This document shows positions 52,201 to 63,012 of a stretch of 64,000 nucleotides of DNA, in pieces. Every line of letters starts with the position of its first letter. The stretch's first letter is position 1. Below the pieces are notes generated by a model, which worked only from the letters and a program-made list of their open reading frames with translations, did no database searches and was not told where the DNA came from. Position numbers and translations under genes: made by a program. Origin of the DNA: Mobula hypostoma (taxonomy: Eukaryota); assembly GCF_963921235.1 (NCBI RefSeq), contig NC_086108.1:93746001-93810000 (forward strand), read 5' to 3'.

Positions 52201-55200
52201 AGAACAACCTTAAGGAACCAGTACACAATAATAAAAACTAAAATTACAGTAAGCATTAAATAAATAGTGCAAAAAGAGAGGGAAAAAGATAAATTAAATA
52301 TGGGTTCATTGTCCCCATTCCGAAATCTGATGGTGGAGGAGAAGAAGCTATTCCTGAAACATTCAGTGTGTGTCTTCAGGCTCCCGTACCTCCTCCCTGA
52401 CGGAAGCAATGAGAAGAGGGCAAGTCCTGGGTGATAAATGTCCATTCTCCAGTATTTGACATTTCTCCCCGGGGAAAAAATTCCGACTGTCTGCCCGATC
52501 AATGCTCTCATAATTTTATGAACCTAAAGATCTAAGAATTATAAAGATTACCTTAAGGATGGCACCAGTGAGCAATGTGACCAAGGGTGACATCCTTCAG
52601 ATGGTTTACAAAACTACTTCTTTCACTTATTCTCCTTTCAAATGTGGATCTGCTACTGCTGGAGCCTGAGATCTACATTTTGCTGGTGTGTTTTCCGGCC
52701 GATTGAGTGATCTCACGCTTTGCTGACTCCGAGGGGATCTGGTGACGGATCCATCGGAGTGTGCGGCCTGGCGGCCAAGAAGCCTAGAGACAAGGTGAGA
52801 GCTGGTGATTGACTCATTTCTCACCGACTAAAGCCTGGAGGATGATTGAGTTCATCAAGGATGAATTGGGTGTTCAGCGTGTGACCAGTCTCCCTCTCCC
52901 TCTCGCTCAATGCTGCTGGAGAATCCTGCCAGAGTCCTGGGTCTTGGGCATCAGTTTGTGGACTGGACTCTCTAGTTCATGTTTCTGCTTTCTGGTGACT
53001 CTTTTTTTGTTGCTACTTGTGAGATTTCGATGGGGGCAGAATGGCTCTGCAGTTAGGCATGAGATTGAATTGAACTGAGCTTAAATGAATATGCCTGGAC
53101 TCTTTTGATGATTTGGTGTTTTATATTCTGTGTTTTTCCCTCTTTTTTTGTTGTTTGCATGATTTGAGTTTTTTGTTTGAATGTTGGGGGTTTGAAGTTT
53201 TTCTTTGAAAGGTTTCCATGGTTTTCTTTCTCTCGACGAAGTGTCCTGACGAAGGGTCTCGGCCTGAAACGTCGACTGCGCCTCTTCCTATAGATGCTGC
53301 TTGGCCTGCTGCGTTCACCAGCAACTTTGATGTGTGTTGCTTGAATTTCCAGCATCTGCAGAATTCCTGTTGTTTGCTTTCTCTGTTTGATGGCCGTCTG
53401 TGGAAGAGGAATCTCAGGGTTGTATCCTGCATACGTACTTTGATAATAAGATGGCCTACTTCTGCTCCTAAATCTTATGGTCTTATGGTCTAAATGTACT
53501 TTGAATCTTTGAAGCTATTTGTCACATGTACATTGAAACATCGAAACACAGTGAAATGTGTTGCTTGCATCAGCGGTCAACACAGGGATGTGCTGGGGGC
53601 AGCCTGCAAGTGTCACCATGCTTCCAGCACCAACGTAGCATGCTTACAAATTACTAACTCTAACCCTAACCCACACGCCTTTGGAGTATCTGGTAGTGTC
53701 TGGAGGAAGCCCACATGGTCAGGGAAAGTGCAAACTGCTCACAGACAGTGTCAGGAACTGAACTCCGATCGCTGATTGCTAGCACTGCACCATCCACTAT
53801 GGTACCATGCCCCTATCATATCTATCAGGTCACCCATCAGCCTCTGGTGCCCCAGAGAAATCAACCCAAGGTTGTCCAACTTCTCCTAATGCCTCCTATC
53901 TTCCAATCCAGAGAGGATATTAGTACTGTTTACCTTTTGCACACCCGTTCCAAAGGCTCCATAACCTTCCTGTAATGGGCCAACCAGAATTACATGCGGT
54001 ATTCTAGGTACGGCCTGACCAAAGCTTTCTAAATTTGCAATGTGACTTCCTTGCTCCTATTCTCAATGCTCCAACCAATGACGGCAAGCATGCCATATGC
54101 CGTTCGTTAACACTCATCCGAAGGGTTTATGTGGCATGCAGAAGAGTGTCTTTGGCCACTGGAATATTGGTGGGTGATTGGACTCACTTCCTGCTCGTTC
54201 ACTTGCAAAGGAAGTGATATCTTCAAAGTGAGTAGAGCCACAAGGGCTCACCACGAGACCGTAAGATCATCAGAGATAGGATCCCATTGAGTCTTCTCTG
54301 TCATTTCATCATGGTTGATTCATTATCCCTCTCAAACGCATTCTCCTGCCTTCTTGCCATAACTATTGATACCTTTACTAATCAAGAACCTATCAATACC
54401 TGCTTCAAGTATACCCAACGACTTGGCCGCCACAGCCATCTGTGGCAATGAATTCCACAGATTCACCACCATAGGGAGGATTCTCTCCTCGATGTCCATG
54501 GTGTGTGGATAAATGTCCAATTACAATGGACTCCGGGCAGTTTCTCTCAAATCTCTGAATGTGTCTCACTGTTTCAACTGGACGTTGCGCTAATCTCACG
54601 TTCAGAAGCTTTCGTGAACAGCCCATGAAGTTTCCAACCCTGGTTCTCTGTACAAAAGCTTGATGATGTACTTTCAGTTGGCTGTCCACTAAACAGGAAC
54701 AAACCAAATTAATAGCAGTCACTTGGATGGTGTTAATTCAGTGATCTGTGCCAACCACATGCAAAGGTAATACATCCATCCTTTATTGGAGTATGCTTCG
54801 TGCCATGAGAGATGGGCAGTTTAGAACATAGAACAGAGAAACCTACAGCACATTACAGGTCCTTCGGCCCACAATGTTGTGCCGATCATGTAACCTACTC
54901 TGGAAACTGCCTAGAGTTACCCTACCACATAGCCCTCTTTTTCTAAGCTCCATGTACCTATCTAAGAGTCTCTTAAAAGACCATTGTATCCGCTCCCACC
55001 ACCGCCACCAGCAGAGCATTCCACACACCCACCACTCTCTGTGTGAAAAACTGACATCCCCACTGTACCTACTTCCCAGCACCTTAAAACTATTATGGAC
55101 CAACAGCTCGGAAGCACTTACCTTAATGGTATTGCGGAGCGGCATTGTCCCGTGAGAAAACCGATGCACAAACAGCGTTTCGATCAGTCTTTTGACGTAG

Positions 55201-56256
55201 TGGAAGGAATGGCAAAAGCCAGCCAAGCTGGAAGAGACAAGGAAAAATTGAATGTAGGCCCAGGTGGGGAAATCCTGCAGCAAAGGGCCTGCTCACGTCC
55301 TGCACCTGGGAGAGAGCCAAAGAGTCTCCCAATTCGTAAAGCTCAGGACTGCTGCCAGTTCTGATGGGAGGTCGGCAACCGGAACCACTGGGGAAGGAGG
55401 AGGGGGCACTGGGGTTGAAGAAGCTGGGCGGGGGCGGTCTCTCTGAGTAGAAGGTTGGGGAATCCCAGGGTAAAAACGGTTAAAAATTCCCAAACCTATG
55501 CCGGGGGAGAGTGTCAGGCAGCTGATCTGCTCTCAGAGGCAGGGTGCCTGCTGGAGTATTACAGTGAGTCTGTGTGGCCTCCGGGCTAAATCTGGCTGCT
55601 GAGCTCAGAGGGTTGAAAAAGTAGATGGTGGGGTAGGGAGGGGGGCAGAGGGTGTGGAAAGCTCTATGGAAGATTCGAGTACCCTTAGAGCCATTTGCTT
55701 CCCCCACTTCTCAGCAATGTTGCCTCCTCACCTCAGTATTACGGCCTTCTCCCTCGGTCTCCCCACAGGGTTCAGAACCAGAGCCCTACCTTCCCTGGGC
55801 AACCTGAAGCCCACCCAATGCTGGAACCCCTCCCTAACACCATCACTAACACAGACCTTCCACAGCTGATCCGGTCTCCTGAAGCCCACCCAATGCTGGA
55901 CCCCCTCTCTAACACCATCACTAACACAGACCTACCAAGGATGAACCCAATTCCTGAAGGGGAACCAAGCTTGTCAGGCACAACGGTCTCTGGGGCTCAG
56001 GCAAGCTCCGTGAAATCTGGCTTTCCTGACCCCACCTCCATTAAGAAACCCCCAGGGTCACTAGCTCTGCCTCCCTCTCTATTTCTGCCATGGACTGCAA
56101 CACAAAAGCATCGTAAGCACCCGGCACCCCGCGTACTTACTGCACCACGGTATGAGGGCTGGTGGTAAAGTCGTACTCTTCCTCGTAGATAAAAGGCAGG
56201 CGGGAGTAGAAGAGCAGGTAGATGAAGAGTGGGCCAGCATATTCTGTCAGGAACAC
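37112..56256 (-). CDS. tecrl2: TECR-family very-long-chain trans-2,3-enoyl-CoA reductase (probably the tecrl2-type paralog), 3' part; complement(join(37112-37239,37353-37398,38519-38607,44420-44477,44944-44987,45084-45156,55122-55227,56141-56256))
   Basis: Eight GT-AG exons splice in frame to [17 protein letters not shown]...[24 protein letters not shown]...[24 protein letters not shown]...[13 protein letters not shown]...[29 protein letters not shown]...[26 protein letters not shown], closely matching TECR. Sizes 116,106,73,44,58,89,46,128. The family call is secure; the paralog name is inferred from adjacency to ABCA4. Confidence 0.9.
37353..37398 (-). CDS. TECR-like exon: [15 protein letters not shown]
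   Basis: minus strand ctctag| ... CAG|gtaggg, 46 bp. Confidence 0.93.
38519..38607 (-). CDS. TECR-like exon: [29 protein letters not shown]
   Basis: minus strand ccccag| ... GAG|gtatgt, 89 bp. Confidence 0.94.
38881..41163 (-). mobile_element. hAT (Buster/ZBED5-SCAND3-like) DNA transposon, decayed
   Basis: TIRs CAGTGTTTCCCAA / TTGGGAATCACTG; degenerate 8-bp TSD GTGTAAAC/ATGTAAAA; BED finger CLIC..PSRLQEH...[24 protein letters not shown]. Confidence 0.9.
41950..42450 (+). mobile_element. Degenerate RTE-like LINE fragment
   Basis: [11 protein letters not shown]..., [26 protein letters not shown]. Confidence 0.55.
43250..43725 (+). mobile_element. CR1 3' fragment
   Basis: [18 protein letters not shown]...FFTQRVVRV. 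Confidence 0.85.
44420..44477 (-). CDS. TECR-like exon: [19 protein letters not shown](G)
   Basis: minus strand ctgtag| ... AGG|gtaagt, 58 bp. Confidence 0.93.
44944..44987 (-). CDS. TECR-like exon: (L)[14 protein letters not shown]
   Basis: minus strand ttacag| ... CTG|gtaggt, 44 bp. Confidence 0.9.
45084..45156 (-). CDS. TECR-like exon: [24 protein letters not shown]
   Basis: minus strand ccacag| ... CCT|gtaagt, 73 bp. Confidence 0.94.
45455..48545 (-). mobile_element. Cluster of decayed, nested CR1 fragments
   Basis: [56 protein letters not shown]. Confidence 0.85.
50383..52137 (-). mobile_element. Young 5'-truncated CR1 LINE, same subfamily as 32934-35607
   Basis: Near-identical sequence and 298-aa C-terminal ORF; two nonsense changes near 51478 and 51582. 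Confidence 0.96.
53243..53376 (+). ncRNA. Minimal type I hammerhead ribozyme (Penelope-type) in a short insertion
   Basis: GTC-CTGACGA-AGGGTCTCGGCCT-GAAA-CGTC-GAC; flanking CTTTCTCT repeat (53226-53233, 53377-53384). Confidence 0.75.
55122..55227 (-). CDS. TECR-like exon: [35 protein letters not shown]
   Basis: minus strand ttccag| ... AAG|gtaagt, 106 bp. Confidence 0.94.
55803..55935. repeat. Two ~56-bp direct repeats with 75-bp period
   Basis: CCTGAAGCCCACCCAATGCTGGA.CCCCTC.CTAACACCATCACTAACACAGACCT at 55803 and 55878. Confidence 0.9.
56141..56256 (-). CDS. TECR-like exon: [38 protein letters not shown](H)
   Basis: minus strand ctacag| ... GCA|gtaagt, 116 bp. Confidence 0.93.
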
Positions 56257-57738
56257 CTGTAGTCAAAGCACAGGGCAGGGTCATTGGCACACAGAGAGGG
56301 CGGCTGGACAGAGGGTGGCAAGGTGGCATCAGCGAAGAGGGTTCAATTCCCACCACTGTCCATGAGGGGATTGTATCTTCTCCCCAGAGCCACATGGGTT
56401 TCCTCCGGGTGCTCCAGTTTCCTCCCACACTCCAAAGGCGTACAGGTTAGTAGGGGTTAGTAAGAGTAAAACTCAAACTAAGACACACAATCCCGGCCCC
56501 ATGCTTCCTTTTAATTACTTTTATGTTTTGGAATGACAAAACAACAGTGACGACCAGGAACCTGAGATGACTATATAGTTCTTGAAGCACAGTGAGATGT
56601 TCATTTTTTTTAAAAAACACAAGATATTCAAGTGCTTCGTCAGGAAGGGACACAGTCGGTTGAGTTTAGTGAAAAAGCATAAATGGACAAGTTCATGGGT
56701 TCATAAACAATGAGTCTTGGGAGATAATAATAATAGTTATGTGATGGTATAGGAGCAAAGGGAAAGTGTGAATGACAGGATGGGATTGGAGGAGGGAAAT
56801 ATTGTTGTAACATCATCGTTACAAGTGAAGATATCAAGGGACATTTCCAAAACCTCAAGACGGAGTTAAAAGGATTAGAAGGTTATAGACTCACAGCACA
56901 ATGCAGCAAGTGCGAATTCTTTAAAACAAGCATCTCTTACTGTGGTCACACTGTTGACACACAAGCATTAGACAGCTATGCTGAGAAGATTCAAGGCGAG
57001 GCAGATGCCCCAAGGCCAAAGAGCGTGTCACAGTTGTGGTCTTTTTTAGGTTTTGTCAATTAATATAACAGGTTCCTGCCGAACCTGGCTACTGTGCTCC
57101 ACCCTTGAATTCATTATTACAGATCGGGAAGAACTGTCAATGAACAAAACAATGTGAGGCGACTTCAGAGAAGCAAAGGAAATGCTGATGTCAGACACTG
57201 ATCTACCTCGTCCAGTGAAGCTTGTCTGTGACACCTTGTCTTATGGTGTAGGTGCAGTCGTGTCACCTTATGAGTGATGGAAGTGAACACACCTTTGTAT
57301 TTGCATCACATTCCCTTACCGCTACCGAGAAAAATTACACACAGATTGACAGAGGCTTTGAGTCTGGTTTGGGGTGTAAAACATTTCAGCCAGAACTTGT
57401 CTGGGAGAGAGTTGTCTGGGAGAGAGTTGACCCCCATTACTGATCATCAACCACTAGTGAACACTTACAATCCACAGCAGGCTGTTCCACTAACAGCAGC
57501 AGCACAAACGCAGAGATGGCCTCTGTTTCTCGGAGGACATGACTACAAGATCGAATTCAAGAGGACAACTAATTATGGAAATGCTGATGGATTGCCCTGT
57601 TTACCCTTGAGAAAGGGCATAACTGAAAAATGTATAAAACAGGACTCCTTTCTTGATGTATTCTTCCTAATGCAAATCAAGTCTCCCTATTACGGCAGAG
57701 ATGATCCAAAGGGTGACTAGAAAAGTGATTAAATCTCA

Positions 57739-57840
57739 CAGTCCTGACGAAGGGTCTCGGCCTGAAACGTCGACTGCGCCTCTTCCTATAGATGCTGCTT
57801 GGCCTGCTGCGTTCACCAGCAACTTTGATGTATGTTGCTT
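57739..57840 (+). ncRNA. Minimal type I hammerhead ribozyme (Penelope-type) in a ~100-bp insertion
   Basis: CAGTC-CTGACGA-AGGGTCTCGGCCT-GAAA-CGTC-GACTG; 14-bp direct repeat TTAAATCTCACAGT (57729-57742, 57839-57852). Confidence 0.82.
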
Positions 57841-57989
57841 AAATCTCACAGTAATCACTTCCCATTGATTAAATCTCTAGGCCTGAATGGGACACTTTAT
57901 TTGAGTTGAGTTGTGCTACATTTTGAGTTTGGAGTTTTAGCCAAGTAGGGGGGACTGTTGTGTGTTTAATATTTCAGTAATATTACTGA

Positions 57990-58545
57990 TGATAGTCATA
58001 GTCATAGTCATACTTTATTGATCCTGGGGGAAATTGGTTTTCGTTACAGTTGCACCATAAATAATGAATTAATAATAAACCCATAAATAATTACATAGTA
58101 ATATGTAAATTATGCCAGTAAATTATGAAATAAGTCCAGGACCAGCCTATTGGCTCAGGGTGTCTGACCCTCCAAGGGAGGAGTTGTAAAGTTTGATGGC
58201 CACAGGCAGGAATGACTTCCTATGATGCTCTGTGTTGCATCTCGGTGGAATGAGTCTCTGGCTGAATGTACTCCTGTGCCCAACCAGTACATTATGTAGT
58301 GGATGGGAGACATTGTCCAAGATGGCATGCAACTTAGACAGCATCCTCTTTTCAGACACCACCGTGAGAGAGTCCAGTTCCATCCCCACAACATCACTGG
58401 CCTTACGAATGAGTTTGTTGATTCTGTTGGTGTCTGCTACCCTCAGCCTGCTGCCCCAGCACACAACAGCAAACATGATAGCACTGGCCACTACAGACTC
58501 GTAGAACATCCTCAGCATCGTCCGACAGATGTTAAAGGACCTCAT
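57990..58545 (-). mobile_element. Rex1/Babar-like LINE 3' end inserted in the Gypsy 3' LTR
   Basis: MFYESVVASAIMFAVVCWG...NKLIRKA; (TATGAC)n tail; related copy at ~59850-60370. Confidence 0.82.
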
Positions 58546-60779
58546 ATGCTGACAAAACATTTGCAAGTAAATTGCCAAGATCGGAGAACAGCTCAATCCA
58601 GCCATCAGCCACCAGAGCTACACATTTTCCCAATTATTTGTAAATACATTGTGTGATCAAGCATTGTTTGCTTACATAATTCATTATGGGTTATATGTAA
58701 AAGTACATGAACAGCATACATTATCAAGCCACCATGTCACACATGCATGCCTTGCTTAAAGTAAAAACGAAACTAATACACACATTCCCAGATCCATGTT
58801 TCTTTTCAATTAGTTTTATGTTTTGCAGTTACAAAACATACTATTTCCCTCCTCCAATCACATAGTGTGGTTCACATTTTTCCTTTGCTCCTATAGCACC
58901 TGCTTCTCATTTTCTGTTTTCTGAGACTCTTTATACTTCTCTATGATATTTTCATCCCCTCCTCTCATTCTATCTTCTTTTCCATCAATCACCTGATTAT
59001 CCTTGTCCCTCATCTCTTTCCCTCCTCTTCTCCACCCCCACCAACTTTCCCTCCATCTTCCTTTCTTTTCCTCTCCAAACCTTAACCACCTTCCCTCTAT
59101 TTCTGCCCTTTCTCCTCTCCGTTCATTCCTCTTTCATTCTTTGCCCTTCCCTCTTTCTCTTCCCTCTTCTCTCCTGCACAAACTAGACCCCCCCAACATT
59201 TCCAGACACACTTCCACGCCCCAGACCCTGTTTTCGTCTGTCTCTAACTTTCCCCTGTCTGTGCGACTCTGGGGTAAATTGGGAAAAGACAGGAAACTGT
59301 CTCCCCCAATTCTACTTTGCATGAACAAGCACTCCCCCAACATGCTACCACAATCCAAGCAGTTCTAGGATTCCTTCTAGATTCCATCCAGAGGTAAGGT
59401 AACTGTTCTGCCAATAACCGTAAGAAATTGTAGCGGGTTGTGGACACAGCTCAGCACATCTCAGAAACCAGCCTCTCCTCCATGCACTCTGTCTACACTT
59501 CCCGCTGCCTCAGTAAAGCAAGCAGCATGTTTTAAGATCCCACCCACATGGATGTTCTCCCTTCCCCTCTCTTCCAATGGGCAGAAAGACACAAAAGCCT
59601 GAAAGCACATACCATCAGGCTCAAGAACAGCTTCTTCCACGTTGTCGCAAGACCATTGACTGGTTCCCGAGTACAATAAGATGGCCTCTTGGCCTCACAA
59701 TCTACCTCATTATGATCTACTTACACATTATTGTCAGCTGCACTGCACTTTCTCCATAACTGTAACACTTTAATTGTTTTATCTCAGTACACTGTGTAAT
59801 CATTTGATCTGTATAAAAACATCTGTAATTTGGTGCATGTGACAATAAGATAGAGATAGATACTTTGTTAACCCAAAAGGAAATTGCAGTCTCACAGTAG
59901 CATTACAAGTGCACTAATATACAAATATTATTTGAGAAGTAAGAACGAATAAAAAATAAGTTACTTCAAACAGTCTAACAGGAGGGGGTCATCACTTCCC
60001 CAGCTATAGGTTGACTCATTATAGAAACTAGTGGCCGAGGGTAAGAATGATCTCATACAGCACTCTGTAGATTAGCGCAGATGACTTAGTCTATTTCTAA
60101 AACTGCTCCTCTGTTCAGCAAGGTGGCATGCAGAGGGTGAGAAACATTGTCCAGAATTGGCAGGATATTCTGTAGGGACCTTTGTTCTACCACAGCCTCC
60201 ACTGTGTCCAGTTTGACTACTTTAACAGAGCAAGCCTTTCTAATCAGTTTATTGAGCCTGTTGGCATGACCCGTGTTGATGCCATTGCCCCAGCACACCA
60301 CCACCGTAGGGAAGATTGTACTGGCTGACAACAGACTGATAAAACATCTAAAGGAGAGGCCTGCATACTCCAATAATAAACCAATTCCAATTCCTTTCAG
60401 ACAAGTCCATTGCAAATTGTTTGCATCCTGTGTTACAAGTGATACTGCCAGTTTCTGGAACCATATTTTCTTTAGTTGACGGGTTAGAACCACAGAGCAG
60501 TTTAATGCATTTAATACATACTACAGTACATTGGAGAAACGTGCAATTGCGGTCTTTAGCCAATAGGTGGTAGTGCAGTCCACATCATTACTCCTTTCCC
60601 ATCTGTCCCTCAGAATCCAGAGTGACTTGCCTCCTGTTCTCTGGGTTCTGGTGTGACTGATGTGGGATCCTCTGGAGCGGCAGGAGGTACCTGACAGGGT
60701 CTGCGGCGTGCAGTGTGCCCCTTTGCCTGTTTACTCCAGGCTTCTGAGTGCTCCCAGCAAATGCTTCTGAACTTCCCTT

Positions 60780-61380
60780 TTAGAGTCATAGAGCACCACA
60801 GCACAGAAACAGGCCCTTTGGCCCCTCTGGTCCATTCTGTACTGTTATTCTGCCTCGTCCCATTGAACTGCAACTAGACCACAGTCCTCCACAACCCTCC
60901 CATTGGACTTTTCCAAACCTCTCCTTAATGTTGCCACCTCTTCCACTCCCAACTCATTCCACAGTCGCAGCACCTTCTGAGTGAAGAATTTTCACCTTTC
61001 ACCCTTAACTTGTTCTATTCTCACCCAACCTCAGAGGAAAAAGCCTGCTTGCATTTACCCTATCTATACCCCCCTCATAATTTTGTACACCTCCATCAAA
61101 TCTCCCCTCATTCTCCATTCGCACTCCAGGGAATAAAATCATAACCGATTCGACCTTCCCCTGTAACCTCCCTGCAAGGAAGTCCGAGCAACATCCTTGA
61201 AAATTTTCTCTGCACTCTTTCAATCCTGAAGGTATCTTTCCTGTAGGTAGGTGACCAGAAGCGTACACAAAATTCCAAATGAGATTCACCAACATCTAAT
61301 ACAGCTTCAACATAACATCCCATCTCCTGTGCCCAAGGCTTTGATTTATGAAAGTCAACGTGCCAAAAGCTTTCCTTATT
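60780..61380 (-). mobile_element. CR1 3' fragment
   Basis: SHLEFCVRFWSP.YRKD...[20 protein letters not shown]. Confidence 0.8.
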
Positions 61381-62164
61381 CAGGGACATTGGAGTTGGGT
61401 CTGAACAGTCATGATCTTATTGAATGGCAGAGAACCTACATGAAGCCAAATGACCTACTCCCTCTACTTTTAAGTTCTTCTACTCGGAGGTCTTGTCACC
61501 CTGAGGAACTGGGCGAGGTTGTGACAAGGGCATGTTCCATCCACTCTGTCAGCAAGAGGGCTCCATTCCCTAATCCCTGTTTGTCGGTCAGGTGTTGCCA
61601 AAGAGATGCGACCTTTCCCACTCAGGCGCTGCTCCCATTCCTCCCCATTCTCCGCCAGACTGATCCCTCCTACTGTCCAAGTTCCCCCAGTGGCTTTCAG
61701 TACGTGTCTATAATTAACATTCCTCTGAAGCTCAGAATATTTCCATTGATCCATGAGCTTTATTATTCATATGCTGGGTGTTACTCTTAAATGTGGCTTA
61801 ACTAATTCTTGTGAAACAGCCATTTTTGATTAATTAAACCCTGAGAAACTCTGTGAGAGGGGAGGAATCGGCTCACTGACAATAGACTGTGTAGTAAATA
61901 ACTCAATCACAAGACCACAGGCTGGGTGTGTTCGATGAGTAGTTCGTCTTCAGGCATGTCCCAGGCTCAAACTGCTAATATTTTTGAAAGTCAAAACAGC
62001 ATATTGTTTGGGTTTCTCAGAATGAATTTAAATCTCTTCAATCTCTTTTATCAAGGCCTGTGTATTTGATTCCTCAAGGAATGGTAACTGATATTGTTTC
62101 CTCAGGTAAAGAGACGCTCCAGTCAGTCCAGACATCTGGATAAACACCACAAAGACAAACTTGT

Positions 62165-62340
62165 CCTCCTCCCTCCACTTGGCAAACTCGTCAACCACCT
62201 CTCCCCACCACGTTTTTCCCTTATTCTTGTCCTCTCCCCCACTTGGCAAACTCCTCAACCACCTCTCTCCACCACATTTTTCCCTAATCCACCTCTCCCC
62301 ACCACGTTTTTCCCTGATCCCTCTCCTCTCCACTTTTCCA
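62165..62340. repeat. Degenerate C/T-rich tandem repeats
   Basis: CCACCTCTCCCCACCACGTTTTTCCCT-like unit x3; CCACTTGGCAAACTC x2. Confidence 0.75.
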
Positions 62341-62437
62341 CTTGCATATTCTTCTCTTCCCTCTCCCAGCCTCCACTTTCTGCTCTTCCTGCCCCCCTCC
62401 CACCCCGCCAACTCCACCTTCCTCTTTCCCTGAGCAG

Positions 62438-63012
62438 CACACACAAAATGTTGGAGGAACTCAGCAAGTCAGGCAGCATCGACGGAGTGATATGGAGTCG
62501 ACATTTGGGACTGAAGCCCTTCATCAGGACTGCAAAGGAAGGGGCAAGAGGCCAGAATAACAAGTTGGGAGGAAGGGAAGGAGTACAAGCTGGAAGGTGA
62601 GAGGTGAAGCCAGGTGAGGAGGAAGGTGTGAGGATGGGGAAGGGGAGGTGAAGCAAGAAGCTGGGAGGTGATAGGTGGGAAAGGTAAAGGGCTGAAGATG
62701 AAGGAATCTGATAGGAGAGGAGAGTGGACCATGGGAGAAAGGGAAGGTGGAGTGGTGCCTGAGGGAGGTGAAATGCAGGAGAAGAGATAAGAGGGAAGCC
62801 AGAATGGGGAATGAAAAAAGAAAGAAGAGGGAGGGGGAGAAACCACCGGAAATTAAATAAATCAACGTCCATGTCGTAAAGTTGTAGGCTACCCAGACGA
62901 AATATGACATGTTGCTCCTCCAACCTGACAGTGGCCTCATCAAAGCAGAAGAGGAGGCCATGGACTGACATATCGGAATGGGACGTAGAATTAAAATGCA
63001 TGGCCACCAGGA
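62438..63012 (-). mobile_element. 5'-truncated Penelope-like element (same family as 18250-18774)
   Basis: HFNSTSHSDMSVHGLL.C.DEAT.RLEEQH.IFRLGSLQ; decayed hammerhead at ~62495-62532. Confidence 0.8.

Larger units (their letters stand above)
56464..58838 (+). mobile_element. Decayed Gypsy/Ty3 LTR retrotransposon with both LTR remnants
   Basis: RT/RNaseH-like KCEFF, SFLGFVN.YNRFLPNLA, TDHQPL, QRW.LFL...Y.IEFK...GNADGL; polypurine tract ~57943-57954; matching LTR 3' ends at ~56464-56546 and ~58757-58838. Confidence 0.8.
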
